Under the pieces are notes generated by a model. That model worked only from the letters and a program-made list of their open reading frames with translations. It did no database searches and was not told the origin of the DNA. 53,496 nucleotides of DNA from Octopus sinensis (lineage: Eukaryota). Shown piece after piece: positions 34,461-47,354 of the stretch. Location of the stretch: NCBI RefSeq assembly GCF_006345805.1, contig NW_021833884.1, forward strand, positions 1 through 53,496, written 5' to 3'. The position numbers were made by a program, and so were the translations under genes. Position 1 is the first letter of the stretch; the number at the start of each line of letters is the position of its first letter.

Positions 34461-35017
34461 CTACAGTTATTAAATATTAACAGCAGCATCATTCTCGCCA
34501 GTCTTGGAAGTTCTGCAAATATTGTGGGCTATGCTACTTCCACTTTGGCCAAATCGAATTCTTATTAATTTTTAATCCTTAATCAGACAAAAATTCCTGA
34601 AGTCAAATAAGTAGCTGTGACCAAAAGTGATGCGAAGTATCAGTTTCAAAGTTTGGGTTGTGTTCGATGTAGCTTTTGACAATGTGCATTCTTTCTTTCG
34701 TTTTCAATAAAGTGCAATAAATATTAATCTATGTATATACGTATACATGACCGTACGTATGTATGTATGCGCCAATGTATGTTTAAGTCATTTTATCTAA
34801 ACAGGAACGCAAGATTTCCACGTTCATATTTGAATTGTTTTGCGTTTCTATAATATTATTTGCTTTTATTCATTCCCATATAACAATAAGCCTGCCAACG
34901 CTAAACATCTCTTGTGAGACTTCTTTATCAATGCACCTGAAGAGACCCAGACTTATGGGTTGAAACATATGTTGTGCCTAATGAAAGTCTAATTAATCAA
35001 TACTATATATATATATA

Positions 35018-35133
35018 TCACCGTGATCACCATGACCGACCAGGCTATCAGATGTTGCTACACATCGCTGGTCACAATACGCTTCGCATTATTTTAGCCT
35101 TCACTGACGCCACCCCGCTTGCTAAGCGAGAAG

Positions 35134-35137
<4 letters not shown>
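35018..35137 (-). mobile_element. Short retroelement 3'-tail fragment inserted in (TA)n
   Basis: GC-richer island; the minus strand ends ..gatagcctggtcggtcatggtgatcacggtg. Family not established. Confidence 0.4.
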
Positions 35138-35172
<35 letters not shown>

Positions 35173-35187
35173 GCCTAATTAATCAAT

Positions 35188-35244
<57 letters not shown>

Positions 35245-35304
35245 GTCTAATTAATTAATACTATATATATATATATATACATATTAGCCTGGATTATTCT
35301 GTAT

Positions 35305-36275
35305 GACGAGGCGGCGTAACGGGAAAAACTTCTGGTTTTAGGTTCTGAGTTCAAATACCGCCGAGATCGACTTTGCCTTTCCTCTTTCCAAGTACCAGTT
35401 GAGCAATGAGGCACCAGTTGAGCAACGAGGCACCAATTGTGCAATGAGGCACCGGTTGTGCAATGAGGTACCAGCTGAGCAACGAGGCACCAGTGGGGAA
35501 ATGGGGCACCAGTTGATAAATGAGGCACCAGTTGAGCAATGAGGCACCAGTTAAGTAACGAGGCACCAATTGAGAAATAAGGGACCAGTTGAGCATCGAG
35601 GCACCAGTTGAGTAACGAGGCATCAGTTGAGCAATGAGGTACCAGTTGAGCAACGAGGCACCAGTTGATAAATGAGGCACCAGTTGAGCAATGAGGCACC
35701 AGCTGAGCAACGAGGCACCAATTGAGAAATAAGGGACCAGTTGAGCATCGAGGCACCAGTTGAGTAACGAGGCATCAGTTGAGCAATGAGGTACCAGTTG
35801 AGCAACGAGGCACCAGTTGATAAATGAGGCACCAGTTGAGCAATGAGGCACCAGCTGAGCAACGAGGCACCAGTTAAGTAACGAGGCACCAATTGAGAAA
35901 TGAGGCACCAGTTGATAAATGAGGGACCAGTTGAGCAACGAGGCACCAGTTGAGCAATGAGGCACTAGTTGAGCAACGAGGCACCAGTTGAGCAACGAGG
36001 CACCAGTTAAGTAACGAGGCACCAATTGAGAAATAAGGGACCAGTTGAGCATCGAGGCACCAGTTGAGTAACGAGGCATCAGTTGAGCAATGAGGTACCA
36101 GTTGAGCAACGAGGCACCAGTTGATAAATGAGGCACCAGTTGATAAATGAGGCACCAGTTGATAAATGAGGGACCAGTTGAGCAACGAGGCACCAGTTGA
36201 GCAATGAGGCACCAGTTGAGCAAAGAGATCGATTTACTCCACTAAACCACACCCAACAAAAAATTTTAGGCCTTG
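35305..36275 (+). mobile_element. SINE family A copy split by an internal minisatellite
   Basis: Head and core lie at 35305-35400. The SINE 3' part (gatcgatttact..aaaattttaggccttgtgct) resumes after the array. Confidence 0.8.
35392..36223 (+). repeat. 19-bp minisatellite (gaggcaccagttgagcaat), ~44 copies, with higher-order structure
   Basis: The variant block aattgagaaataaggg recurs at 35568, 35720 and 36024 (spacings 152 and 304 = 8 and 16 units). Confidence 0.95.
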
Positions 36276-37282
36276 TGCTTAGCAGCACTCCTTCCAGTTC
36301 TTTTGTTCTGAGTTCGAAATATATCTATTTGTGTTTGTCTCATATGCCACCATCTGACAACCGGTGAATTTATCTTCACGTACCCACAACTAACTTAACG
36401 ATTCGGTATAATCAGACTGATGTAATATTTTCTAGACGTCAAACAAATAAGTGATGATGTTGATTTGTCCGACTAAATTTTTCATGCAATTACCTCCAGC
36501 ATGGCCGTTGTCCAATAACTGAAACAAATAAAAGAATAACAGTTTAACAGAATATACTATAAATACACACCATTTGTATAACAATATTCGAGCTGTGCGT
36601 TGGTTAATCATTCTTTTATATACTTCCATCATATTTTGCACGATTTCTACTGCTTTTCTGCTGTTTCGTGTTTCCTTTTTTTATTTTTGGTTTCTTTTTA
36701 TTTTGGTTTGTGTTATACTTTTGCATTATACATTAAAAATATACGGTTTACATGATAAATTTTTATCGCACATTTTATGATACATTTTCGTACAATAAAT
36801 TGTAATAGTGTTTTTCTATATGATAAATATTTTATCGCGTATACGTTTACAGAATGCATTCATATAGCATCTTTTCAAAGATAAAATTTAATGGTATATT
36901 TGCGATCCTATGTGAGTATGCGTGTGTGTGTGTGTACGCGTACGTTTGTATGTGTGTATGTGCGTATATATGTGTGTGTATACGTGTGTGTATACGTGTC
37001 TACGTTTGTGTGTGTGTGCGCGTGTGTGTGTGTATACGTATGCGCGTGCGTATACGTGTGTGTATGTGTATGTTTATATGTGCGTGTGCGTGTATGTGTG
37101 TAAGTATACATGTGTGTGTATGTCTGTGTGCGTGTGTGTGTGTTTGTCTGTGTGCGTGTGTGTACGTGTACGTTTGTGTGTTTTGGTGTGTGTGTGTGTT
37201 ACCCATCTTCGAACGTACACCCGACTATAATATTAACGATAACGACTAAGAATATTATGACGACGACGACAATGATGATGAT

Positions 37283-37313
<31 letters not shown>

Positions 37314-37655
37314 AGGAGGAGGATGTGGATGCTGTTGAAGATGATGAAGATAACGATGACGGCGACTACGACGAGTAACGTGATCCCGATTATTAATATT
37401 GACGAGGATATTTTTATTCTGTTGACACGAGACGAATGGTTATCGTAGCTTCAAGCTAAGTGTATCAAGGACTACATTATTCCAATATCCTTCCTTTTTA
37501 AAGGCAGCAACATTTAATGTTAGTGAGATTTCACATCTACTTTTAGCAGAACGAGAAACAAGCGTCTTCTACTTAACCTTCGGGCCGACCAAAACTTTGT
37601 CAGTGGATTTGGTAGACAGAAACGGAAAGAAGTCTGTCTTATAGATGCGCGCGTG

Positions 37656-37731
<76 letters not shown>

Positions 37732-38846
37732 ATCAGTGCTGGTCTCCCAACACCGCTTGACAACCGGTGTTGGTGTATTTACATCCCTGTAACTTAGTAG
37801 TTCGGCAAAAAAGAGACCGATGGGAATAGGTACTAGGCTTAAAGAAAAAAAAAAGAAGTACCGGAAGTCGATTCATTCGACTAAAAAATTTTCAAGGCGG
37901 TGCCCCAGCATGGCCGCCGTCTAATGACAGAACATACATTAGTAATATATACTGATATAACGTGTAAATATGTACAAAAAGTGCCAGCTGTAATCATTGA
38001 TGTATTTCCGGAACACAAGTCGACGTAGTCACACATTATCACTATCTTCCTCCCTGACCCTGCTGCGTTTTACTTGGACTGTTTGGCCCGACAAAGTTGT
38101 CTTGGTGTATAAGTCGACCTATCATTTCTCTTTCTTGTTTTGGCTGCAAATTTTGGTAAATTTTGGAGCCGAAAAATTCGACTTGTATGCCGGAAAATAC
38201 GGTAGCTTTATATATATTTTTTTAATATCTGGTTTCATTTTGTTGATTTCGCATACAAATACTTATATACATTTAATGTGTATAATATTCTCGGAGAAGA
38301 TATCTTCAAGTATATTGTTCTGTTTTTGTAAATGTAATTTTGAGACCCAGCCTGCTTAATAAATGGCAGGAGACTGGAAAATCTAGCCATTAGATATCAG
38401 AAAAGGAAAACGGAACAGAACGATATCGCCATAGCTAAGAACGCCTTTGAACGTAAATCTATTCAATCAGAGCTGACTTGGGGCTTGAGATCTGCCTTAC
38501 CTTTGACAACAATTAACGCTAATGAATTTTCTCCTCGTTACGAAAATAATTTTAACAATTAAATGTCATTAATTCAATCGGATTGAAGAGGGAAACTAAG
38601 GATGTTTGAAGACTACCACACAGTTTTTTCGAATGCCTGTCGACACATGCGCTGCTCACTTCACGAAACTGAAAATATCTTTGTGAGAAAGTAAAGTTCA
38701 CAATATGCTACATTACTTACTCTTTAGCAAAGTGTATGTGTGTGTGTGTGTGTGTGTACATATATATATATACATATATATATATATTATATATATATAT
38801 ATATATTATATATATTATATATATATATATATATAAATACATACAC

Positions 38847-38897
<51 letters not shown>

Positions 38898-39492
38898 GTA
38901 TATATATATACACATATATATGTATATACATATATATACACACACTCATATATATATATATATGTATACACATATACACGCATACACAAACACGCACACA
39001 CACACACATGCACACAGACACATATCTATATGTCCCACAGCGGTAACCGTGTTGGTGCAGGTTCTCATGACGATGGCGCTTATCATTATAAAGGTGTTGA
39101 TGTTAGTGATAAATACAATGACAGCGATGATAGTAATGATATTGAATATTGTTGTTGGAATAGTGTTAGAGAACATCATGGCAGTAGGGTGGTGGTGGTG
39201 CTGGTGGTGAGGATGATGGTGGTGATGATGATGATAATGGTGGTGATGATGGTAGTGGTGGTGGTGGTGGTGATGGTGGTGGTAGTGATGGTAGTGATGG
39301 TGATGATGGTTGTGGTGGTGACGATTGTGGTGGTGTTGGTAGTAGTAGTAGCAGCAGCAGTAGTAGTAGTAGTATTTCTGAAGAGTAATTGACAGATAAT
39401 ATATATATACACAGACATATATATATATAATATATATGTACATACATATATATATGTATATATATACATACATATATATACAAATATACATA

Positions 39493-39553
<61 letters not shown>

Positions 39554-39809
39554 ACTTCGTTTATTGTTTAACTATTTTATTATTTCGCGCATTTTTCTCC
39601 TTAACTGCTCTCGTCAAGTGCTTTGCGTATGTCGAATCTGAACAAATTGACGTCAAACGATAAAGAAGATAACAACTGTGAAATATCTACAATCGCAAAA
39701 CTGAGTAATTAGATTTGCTAATTGTATATTCAAACAGGCTGATTCGGCTGCTGTTTCTACCAAGTCGAGTAACTAGACATTTTTTTTCTGTTATTGATAT
39801 CTTTTATCT

Positions 39810-40235
39810 TTAAATTTGACTGGTTTCAGTGCTAGGACGGCAACCATTTTGGGACATCACCTTAAAAAGTTTTGTCGGATAAATCAAACACCACTATACG
39901 TTCTTTAAGTCCGGTCATAATTTCATCGTTCTTTTTTGCCGAATCGCTAAGTTGCGGAGACGTAAGCAAACCAACACAGTTGTCAAAGGGTGGTGAGGGT
40001 CAAACACAAAGGCACGCAGACAAATAGACATACACACACACACGCGCGCGCGCAAACACACACACATACATAGGGCGGAGGCTTCTACATAGTTTCCATC
40101 TTCCAAATCCAGTCTTTGGTCAGCCCGGGGCTATAGTAGAAGACACTTGCCCAATGTGCTACACAATGGGACTGAACCCTAAATCACGTGGTTGCAAAGT
40201 GATCTTCTTAACCACGCAGCCATGCCTGCGGTTAT
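39810..40235 (-). mobile_element. SINE family B, diverged
   Basis: ..gccgaatcgctaagttgcggagacgtaagc..(CA)n..ggctatagtagaagacacttgcccaa..gggactgaaccc..ttaaccacgcagccatgcctgcg. Confidence 0.8.
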
Positions 40236-41651
40236 ATGACAAGGAAATAGAATTCGCGCTTGTGGACTTCGCAGTTTCTCTTCGAGAAATGTTAAATCGG
40301 TGCTTGTAACCTTCCACTTAAACTCTTGTCAGTGGACGGCTGCTGCAAGAAATAGAAGCAGGGAGGATATTCCTGCGTTTTGGAAGGAACAGCTTGACAC
40401 AGTGGTTTGGTACGAGGTTTTTGGATGGATAAATACAACATGGATGACAAGAGGAGAGACATATAAACCCGAAGTGCCTGAACAGAAATGACATAAAGCA
40501 ACCCAGCTCCAAGGTTAATTTTTTTCAACCTGCATAACGATGATGTTACTAAATGGTCAGTACAATCAGAACCTGTACGTTCAAATCCCATGTTACCCGA
40601 ACCCAGAAATCTGGTGCTAATGCTTGCAACTGAGTAAACTCCTCTAAAGGGAGTCAAGGGCAAGTGATAATGTTCAAATGAACGGTATAATAGGACCTAC
40701 CGCCTCAAAGGTTGTGCTTATGCCTAAATCAAGCCTACCACTCTCAACTAGACTTAACAGCCCCTTCACAGCAGTCCGGGATATTTTGTCATTGCCTTGC
40801 TCTTGGGCCCTCAACTACTGATGGAATCTTAAGGGTGTCGTTTTGATGTAAAATGTGTCGTGAAAATTTTTAGACATGGTAGATCTATGCTTCTGCAGGT
40901 CAAACTACAGTCGATTTGTTCGAGAAACAGGGGCAAACAGGCAGACAGACAGGCAGACAGAAAGAAAGTGAAGAATCGACCCCATTACAGGATCTTATTT
41001 ATCGATACCGGGTAAAGTCGACCTGGACGCTATTTGAACTTCGAGCCGGAAAAATAATGGTCGGCAATCTCTCTAACGTTCTTACAACTCGGCCAGACCC
41101 ACCCACCCCCGCCTTATAATATTTCATTAAAGAAAATAAGATGTTTTGGGCTGCAACGCTGATCAAACAATTTACATTTCAACACAGAAACCTATGGAAC
41201 TGTACGTATTCCAAAGTAACCCAAAGAAAGAATCGGAAAGTATTAACTGACAATGAAAGGCAAAGCTGGGTAAAATAACCATATGTTTTGGGTATTCAGG
41301 AAGGGAGGGGGCACCAAAGAAATAGTTAATGGTTCACGGCACAAAAGAAATCACTTTAAACTTGCTAAAATATTATTCAAAGTAGTTTACATGATCGAAG
41401 ATATGATTTCATAGTGTTTATGGTGTCATAATGAGGAACTAATCAAAGACTTTGCAATTAAAAAAAAAGTAGGAGAAAACTTTTCAATTATAAATGAAGC
41501 GGAAGTACACAAAAATAAACATTATTATATACATATATATGGGGTCACTAAATTCTTTTAAGGGATTTGGGCCTCTGTGGGTCTTAATTCGGGCCTGGTG
41601 AAAGGGTTAACAAAATTAATGGAATACAACACATCAAAACTCACTTAAACA

Positions 41652-41695
<44 letters not shown>

Positions 41696-41703
41696 CACAC
41701 ACG

Positions 41704-41771
<68 letters not shown>

Positions 41772-42185
41772 TACACGCACTCACACACATACACGCCCAA
41801 GAATTCTCAAAGTACGACCGAAATATGATAGAAATTTCACTTTTCAAGTTCACGGGTGGGTTTATAAAAGGATTACTTTGCAGCCAGCAAAAACAAAAAA
41901 AGCAAAATGGTTTTCATCATAATTCCGTTCAGTCGGGATTGATCTGGAGCTTAAAAGAACAACGGTGGACTCACAGACTATCCGGTGGGGGGGGGGAGTC
42001 TTTACGTGGTCAAACAACTGCTAGAAACAGCAGCTAGATTTCAAATCATGCCGTAACGTTTTTTTTAAAAAGCCCACATTGGAAGACACGTAGTCCTGAA
42101 TTAACCGTTTCTGGAAAGAAAAAATAAGGAATGGTCACGGAAAAATTAACCAGTGGTCTGCTTTATCTGGGATGAACAGAATAAA

Positions 42186-42239
<54 letters not shown>

Positions 42240-42364
42240 CATCATCATCATCATCATTATCATCATCATCATCATCATCGTCGTCGTCGTCGTCGTCGTC
42301 AAAAACAACAACAATAACAAGTCGTACATGTATAAATTTGACAGTGGAGAAAAATTAACTTGGG

Positions 42365-42740
42365 CGCAAAGATGGGTAAGAAAGTTGTTTCCCAACCACA
42401 TTGTCTTAGGTTCAGTCCCACGATGTAGCACTTTAGGCAAGCATCTTTAACTATAAAACATGGACGACTGAAACCTTTTGGTTGGATGTGGCGGTTGGAA
42501 ACTGAATAAAGCCCGTCGCGTATATATACGTCTGTGTGTGTGTGTGTGTGTGTCCTCCCATCAGCATTTGCAACTGATGTTGGTTTCTTTATGTCCCCGT
42601 AACTTAGCGCTTCGGCAAAAGAAACCGACAGAATAAGTACCAGACTCAAAAACATGTGCTGGGCTCCATTTGTTTGACTAAAACTCTTGGTGGTGTTGCT
42701 CCAGCATGACCGCAGTCCAGCGACTAAAACAGGTAAACGG
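42365..42740 (+). mobile_element. SINE family B
   Basis: gtttcccaaccacattgtcttaggttcagtcccac, then (TG)n, then aacttagcgcttcggcaaaag..ccagcatgaccgcagtcc. Confidence 0.8.
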
Positions 42741-42879
42741 AAATGTCCAAACCGTCAAACTATACAGAGACCTCTAGGTAGTACATTTATCTACTAGAAA
42801 TAACAGTCAATTCTCTCTTTAAAATTACCCAACTTCCTTCAAAAAGAAAGGACAAGTCGGATAATGGAATCTTCGACTC

Positions 42880-43570
42880 AGCGCGGGTGTGGCGACGTCG
42901 TTAAGACATTTCCTTCCCAACTATGTTGTTCTGGGTTCAATATTACCAAGTGAGACCTTAAGCAAGTGACTTCGAAATATATACTTGGGTTGAGCAATCT
43001 TTTGTGACTGCATTTTAGTAAATGGAAACTGTGTGAAACTTCGTCGTATATATATATATGTGTGTGTGTATGTATGTGAGTGTTTACATGTGTGTGTGAG
43101 AGAGTGTGTCTGTGTGTTGGTGTGTCTGCGTGTGTGTATGAAAGAGTGTGCGTGTGTGTTTGCCTACGTGTGTGTTTGTCTACGTGTGTGTTTGTCTACG
43201 TGTGTGTCTCTGCGTGTTTATGTGTGTGAGAGTGCGTCTGCATGTATGTGAGTTTGTGTGTGTATGTGTGTGTCTGTGTGTGTATGTGTGTGAGTGTGTG
43301 TGCATGGTTGTGTGTGTGAGAGAGAAAGACAGAGAGAGAGTGTCTGTGCATGTGCGTGTGTGTGTGAGTGAGTGTGTGTCTATTTGTCCCTCTCTTACTG
43401 CTTAACAACTGGTGCTGGTTTGTTTACGTCCACGTAACTTAACAGGTCCTCAAAACGGGCCGGAAAATGAAGTACTGGAGTCGATTTGTTCAAGTACACA
43501 TTTCAAGTTGGTGCACAAGTACTTCCCAGAGGTGCCCCAGCATGGCCCAGTCCAATAACTGAAAGAAGTG
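42880..43570 (+). mobile_element. SINE family B with a strongly expanded internal TG-rich tract
   Basis: Head at ~42880-43050, a ~330-bp TG-rich tract, then the 3' module ending gccccagcatggcccagtccaataactgaaa. Confidence 0.75.
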
Positions 43571-43787
43571 AAACAAACCCATTCCGATCGACCCCACAGG
43601 CCGACATAAGTCCGATGGCTATGAAACCACCCTTTCGAAATCTTCCAATGAAGAATCGAATACCGCAGCTCATAGTAGAGAACATTTTGCCCACTCAAGA
43701 TCAGCAATAATTTACGGTAAAGCTGAATCCACCTGTGATACAGGCATAAACCGCCTAAAAAATGACATTAATTTTGTTTCCTTTTTA

Positions 43788-44144
43788 GTTGGAGAATTGT
43801 TCTCTGTGAACGAAAATGTCAGTGTCCATAAGGTCGCTCGGCTAGGAAGATTCCAAGCGAACCCAACCTCAGATACTAGACCACGCCCAATAAGGGTAAT
43901 CTTTTCCTCCGATCGGGAGGCTTCAGTCTTTCTGAACAGAGCTCAGACGCATGCCTGGGAGGACCCCAATATGGGTTTTCGCGAGGAATACTCACTAAAA
44001 GAGAGAATTCGCCGGAGAAATCTAATATCCGAACTAAAGATGAGGAAACAAATGGGAGAGAAGGGTTTACGAATCCAAGGTGGACAGATAATCAAGTCCT
44101 ACCTCTGGTCCCATGCTGTAGTGCTGACAGGGAAAGTGATGTGA
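43788..44144 (+). CDS. CR1-type ORF1, C-terminal portion
   Basis: VHKVARLGR..PRPIRVIF..GFREEYSLKERIRRRNLISELKMRKQMGEKGLRIQGGQII, the typical RLG..RPI.V.F..E.T..ER..R ORF1 pattern. Confidence 0.85.
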   Translation, partial: VGELFSVNENVSVHKVARLGRFQANPTSDTRPRPIRVIFSSDREASVFLNRAQTHAWEDPNMGFREEYSLKERIRRRNLISELKMRKQMGEKGLRIQGGQIIKSYLWSHAVVLTGKVM

Positions 44145-47028
44145 GGGCAAATCGAAGTGAAGTTGATACCCCCGTGAACGATGCTATCTCTGATACCCCT
44201 TATTCTGCTTGTACCCCAACTCCCGCCCCTCAGACTTCACAGCTCAGCATCGTCTACACCAACTCGTGCTCCTTATTCCCAAAGTTCAGTGAACTATTTA
44301 CACTGGCCATACGTGACTCCCCTGATGTGATAGCTATCACCGAGACTTGGCTGACTCCAGCAGTAAAGGACTCAGAAATCCACCTGCAGGGCTACGTCCT
44401 TTTCAGATGTGACAGAGGAAAAAGGCGAGGTGGAGGTGTTGCTGTGTATGATAAGTCTGAGTACAAACCGTCCAGCGGTATTCTACCCACTAATGCTCAA
44501 CCTACAACAAAATTCGATGCCGTCTATTGCAAGCTGAGCCTATCTGAGTTTTGCCTGCCCGTGTTGGCTGTCTACAGGCCGCCTCTTGCCGACCCCCAAG
44601 ACGATGCTCATTTACTCGAGGCGATAAGATTCGTTTCAGCTTCGCATGACTGTTTGGTACTAGGAGACTTCAACGCTTCCACGATCGATTGGCCCGCATC
44701 AATTTGTACAACATCTTCCCGGTTCGGCCAGGCCCTTCTTGACGTGGCTGAAGATTGTTTTCTATCGCAACATGTTGAATATCCGACAAGGCATCGGTCT
44801 GGGCAGCAGCCATCTATGCTAGATCTGGTATTCTCCCGCTATCCAAGATCAGTGTCAGACGTATCTGTGTGCGCCCCTCTTGCCAAGAGTGATCATGCGG
44901 TCCTGAAGTTCGTCATGCACACAACTTTTTCTACGCCCACGACTACTTCGCTGCCACGTAGAGAATTCTCTGCAATTAATCTTGAAATTCTAACCGAGGC
45001 TTCCGCGCTTCTGGACTGGCGATCCCTGATGACGTTGTCCTCAGTTGACGAACTATGGTCATCCCTCAAAGCATATGTAATCTGTTTGACTGACCAGGCA
45101 GTTCCCGTTGGGCTTCCCAAGAGGAAGAAACACAAGCCCTGGGTGACGAAGAAGGTTAAACGAGAACGTCGACTCAGAGATATTGCTTGGGCTGAATTCA
45201 TAAATCTGGATTCGACTGCAGCTTTTGAGGTGTACAAAACTCAACGAGACCGAGCTGTGAAAATTGAAAAGAAAGAACGCTGCAGTTATGAATACAAAAT
45301 CGCGGCAAATGCCAGTAGCAATCCAAAAACCTTCTTTGCCCATGTCCAGCGGAATTCCCGCTTGAACAACCAGATTGCAACGTTGGTAGACTCAACAGGC
45401 GTATCGATTGAGGACCCTTATCAACAGAGTCAGTTATTTGCCGAGGCTTTTTCAACTATTTTCAAACAAGATGATGGTCGCGAACCCCCTCCATTTGTTA
45501 GATCGGTACCTCCAATGCTTCGATTGGTCATCACGCGGGACGAAGTCAAACGTGTTATTCAAGGCCTCGATGTCAACAAGGGTCACGGCCCTGACGGCAT
45601 ACACCCACGGGTTATCAAAGCGTTGGCTCCGGTCATCTGCGAGCCCTTAACACGACTATTCAATATGTCATTGGCGACGGGTGTTATACCTGCAGACTGG
45701 AGAACAGCGATAATCTGCCCAATTTTCAAGAAAGGGAGCCGCGAAGACCCGCTTAACTACCGACCGGTTTCCCTTACTCAATAATCAGCAAGATGTTCGA
45801 AACCATCCTTAAGAAAAGTATGATGCTCCACCTCCTAAACACAGCCTCTATCTCTGATTCCCAACACGGCTTCGTGCCGAAGAGATCATGCTTGACCAAC
45901 TTACTAGTAATGGAAGAATTGGTGACGCGCATCCTCGATGATAGTGATGCTGTTGACATCGTTTTATTGGACTTTGCCAAAGCTTTTGACTCGGTAAACC
46001 ACCGCCTATTACTTGTCAAGCTTCAAGCATATAGTTTCCATCCGGATATTGTACGATGGGTTGGTGCCTTCCTCTCAGATCGCTCCTTCCAAGTCCAAGT
46101 TAATGGTTCGCGGTCCGACGTCTCCAGTGCGAGCAGTGGCGTGCCTCAAGGTTCAGTGCTTGGGCCCTTGTTGTTCTTAGTCTTCATAAATGACTTGCCC
46201 GACGACCTCACGCAACACACCCTTCTATTTGCCGACGATATCAAACTGGTCGCTCCTCGCAGTAATATAGAGGATCTTCGTCGATGCCTCCACCAAATTT
46301 GGAAGTGGTCTAACGATTGGGACCTGTGTCTGAACGTGTCAAAGTGCTGTCATCTGCCTGTCGGCTCTACTCCTGCAACTCAACTTGATTTCGAGCCGGG
46401 TCGTCTGCTGCTGAAGAGGACCGATCAGGTAAAGGACCTGGGTATCTTGGTGGATTCCTCCTTTTCGCCTTCAGCCCAGTGCGTCCATGCTGCCAACAAA
46501 GCACGCGAAATTCTGTTCTTGATTCGACGGTCATTCAGAATGCTCACAGCAGCCATATTCCTACCACTCTATGTCACGCTGGTGAGACCCATATTGGAGT
46601 ATGGGATTCAAGCCTCTTCTCCTTATCTCCTCAAAGACATACAGCATCTCGAAAGAATCCAGAAGCTGGCTACCCGCATGGTTCATGGTCTCAAAAATTT
46701 GTCCTACGAAGAAAGGCTGAGGACGCTCGACCTTCATTCTCTTGAAAAACGCCGCCGCCGTGGTGATCTCATTCTCGCCCACAACATCATAAGCGGAAAG
46801 TGTAACCTCTCGAAAGAGCTGTTCTTCACTCCTGCTCCAGAGCGTCGGCTGCGGGGTCATTCCGAAAAGCTCTACCTGCGACGATTTCATCTCAATCGAA
46901 GGAGAGGAGCTTTCTCCGTCCGGGTTGCGGATCCGTGGAACAGGCTGCCAGACGAGATGGTGAAGATGCCGACGACCACTTTGTTCAAAGCCTCCCTGGA
47001 CCTCAAGTGGCCTGAACTCTTTACATGA
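44141..47028 (+). CDS. CR1-type ORF2 (APE endonuclease plus reverse transcriptase) with one 1-nt deletion at ~45778
   Basis: YTNSCSL..DVIAITETWL..GGGVAVY..YRPP..LGDFN..LDLVF..SDH; GPDGIHPR..NYRPVSLT|SIISKMFE..QHGF..LDFAKAFDSVNH..GVPQGSVLGPLLF..FADDIKL. Restoring one T gives SLTSIISK. Confidence 0.93.
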
Positions 47029-47229
47029 ACACCACCCTGTACTTAACTCCATGTCCCCCTACATGGCCTTGCTATTTGCTTTTGAGCCAAATTAACTAAT
47101 TAACTAACTAACTAACTAACTAAAAAACACAAAAGAAGACCCGTACACCGACTGCAATCATCGTCGATAGGGCTGTGGATCCCAACAGCTCGGCGCTTAC
47201 CGAACACCAGCTGGACGGCTGGACGTGTG

Positions 47230-47287
47230 GATTGTAGTTAGTTCAGCCACTGTAATCATCATCACCACCACCACCCCCACCACCATC

Positions 47288-47354
<67 letters not shown>

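Larger units (their letters stand above)
43788..47125 (+). mobile_element. CR1-group LINE, 5'-truncated within ORF1, ORF2 nearly intact, (TAAC)n tail
   Basis: ORF1 tail, APE-RT ORF2, short 3' UTR, then aattaactaattaactaactaactaactaac. Confidence 0.95.

Noticed and set aside
35247-36288. ORFs of up to 290 aa with LLNWCLVAQLVPHCSTGAS repeats, and a CRISPR-like look
   Set aside because: This is a pure 19-bp tandem minisatellite with no unique spacers, derived from a SINE segment, in a eukaryotic context.
40260-40680. Unique segment with a short Trp-rich ORF (FWKEQLDTVVWYEVFGWINTTW)
   Set aside because: No recognisable family or convincing splice sites; left unassigned.
44893-47052. Antisense and alternate-frame ORFs within CR1 ORF2
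   Set aside because: Expected shadows of a long GC-richer ORF.
43760-47140. Target-site duplication for the CR1 element
   Set aside because: No matching direct repeat found at the two ends.
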